The notes beneath the pieces were generated by a model, which searched no databases, was not told where the DNA came from, and saw only the letters and a program-made list of their open reading frames with translations. The position numbers and the translations under genes are program-made. From Alphaproteobacteria bacterium (GTDB lineage: Bacteria; Pseudomonadota; Alphaproteobacteria; UBA3830), in assembly GCA_015062335.1 (NCBI GenBank), contig SUUU01000001.1, positions 12,312-76,311 on the forward strand: DNA of 64,000 bases, given 5' to 3'. This document shows, piece after piece, positions 63,846 through 64,000 of the stretch. The number at the start of each line of letters is the position of its first letter. The first letter of the stretch is position 1.

Positions 63846-63847
63846 TC

Positions 63848-64000
63848 ATGCACAAATATTTGGAATTGTTTGCGGAAAGCCTAAAAAGTGAAAGAAATGC
63901 TTCTACCAACACGGTGCAATCATACATTTTAGATTTAGAGGATTTTGAAAAAAAAGTTTCGTTAAGCCATGCTATTACAACTGATGATATAGCAGAATAT
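63848..64000 (+). CDS. tyrosine recombinase XerC/XerD, N-terminal 51 codons (runs off the window end)
   Basis: My own translation: MHKYLELFAESLKSERNASTNTVQSYILDLEDFEKKVSLSHAITTDDIAEY. This is the typical Xer N-terminal SAM-like domain pattern (F..YL..Er..S.nT...Y..DL..F). Confidence 0.7.
   Translation, partial: MHKYLELFAESLKSERNASTNTVQSYILDLEDFEKKVSLSHAITTDDIAEY

Noticed and set aside
63668-63853. 61-aa minus-strand track ORF upstream of tlyC.
   Set aside because: It has no SD, and no membrane or domain character. It lies antisense to a better-looking 47-aa TM ORF and overlaps the xerC/D start.

Overview
This window is a compact, AT-rich (judged by eye, not computed) stretch of an alphaproteobacterial chromosome, and almost all of it is housekeeping genes. 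The lineage is probably host-associated (Rickettsiales/Holosporales-like). That is an inference from LpxI, an RcGTA-type terminase, a PopZ/DUF2497 protein, a HemY_N protein, two GluRS paralogs with GatA/GatB, TlyC and a ProP-like MFS transporter. Stop codons fit the standard bacterial code; TGA is used as a stop. I support about 60 CDS and 2 tRNAs (Lys-CUU, His-GUG). They include the envelope/translation supercluster lpxI-lpxA-fabZ-lpxD-skp-bamA-rseP-cdsA-uppS-frr-pyrH-tsf-rpsB, plus rplKAJL, glyQS, rplU-rpmA, comEC, tolC, lepA, pheST, rsmH, gatAB, an RND pump pair, cysS, rne, ligA, accA, dapB, obg and tlyC. I saw no rRNA, CRISPR array, IS/transposase, toxin-antitoxin pair or recognisable defence island. 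I cannot point to a clear novel multi-gene system. The items most worth a second look are: (1) a stand-alone 87-aa, 3-TM protein matching only the first repeat of PnuC; (2) a TM/coiled-coil protein, a mini-TM protein and a HemY_N/TPR/zinc-ribbon protein coupled to gatB, in the arrangement of alphaproteobacterial Mic60-HemY; (3) three lineage-specific Sec-signal proteins interleaved with rplU-rpmA; (4) an orphan GTA-type large terminase between tRNA-Lys and rplK, where secE-nusG normally sit; (5) an IscS/NifS-like protein with a signal-peptide-like N-terminus; (6) a PopZ-like gene overlapping a Caps_synth/GT32-like glycosyltransferase; (7) a GC-rich rpsB leader and a long, hairpin-rich rne leader. 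All functional calls come from reading the translations and from remembered family motifs. No database search was run.
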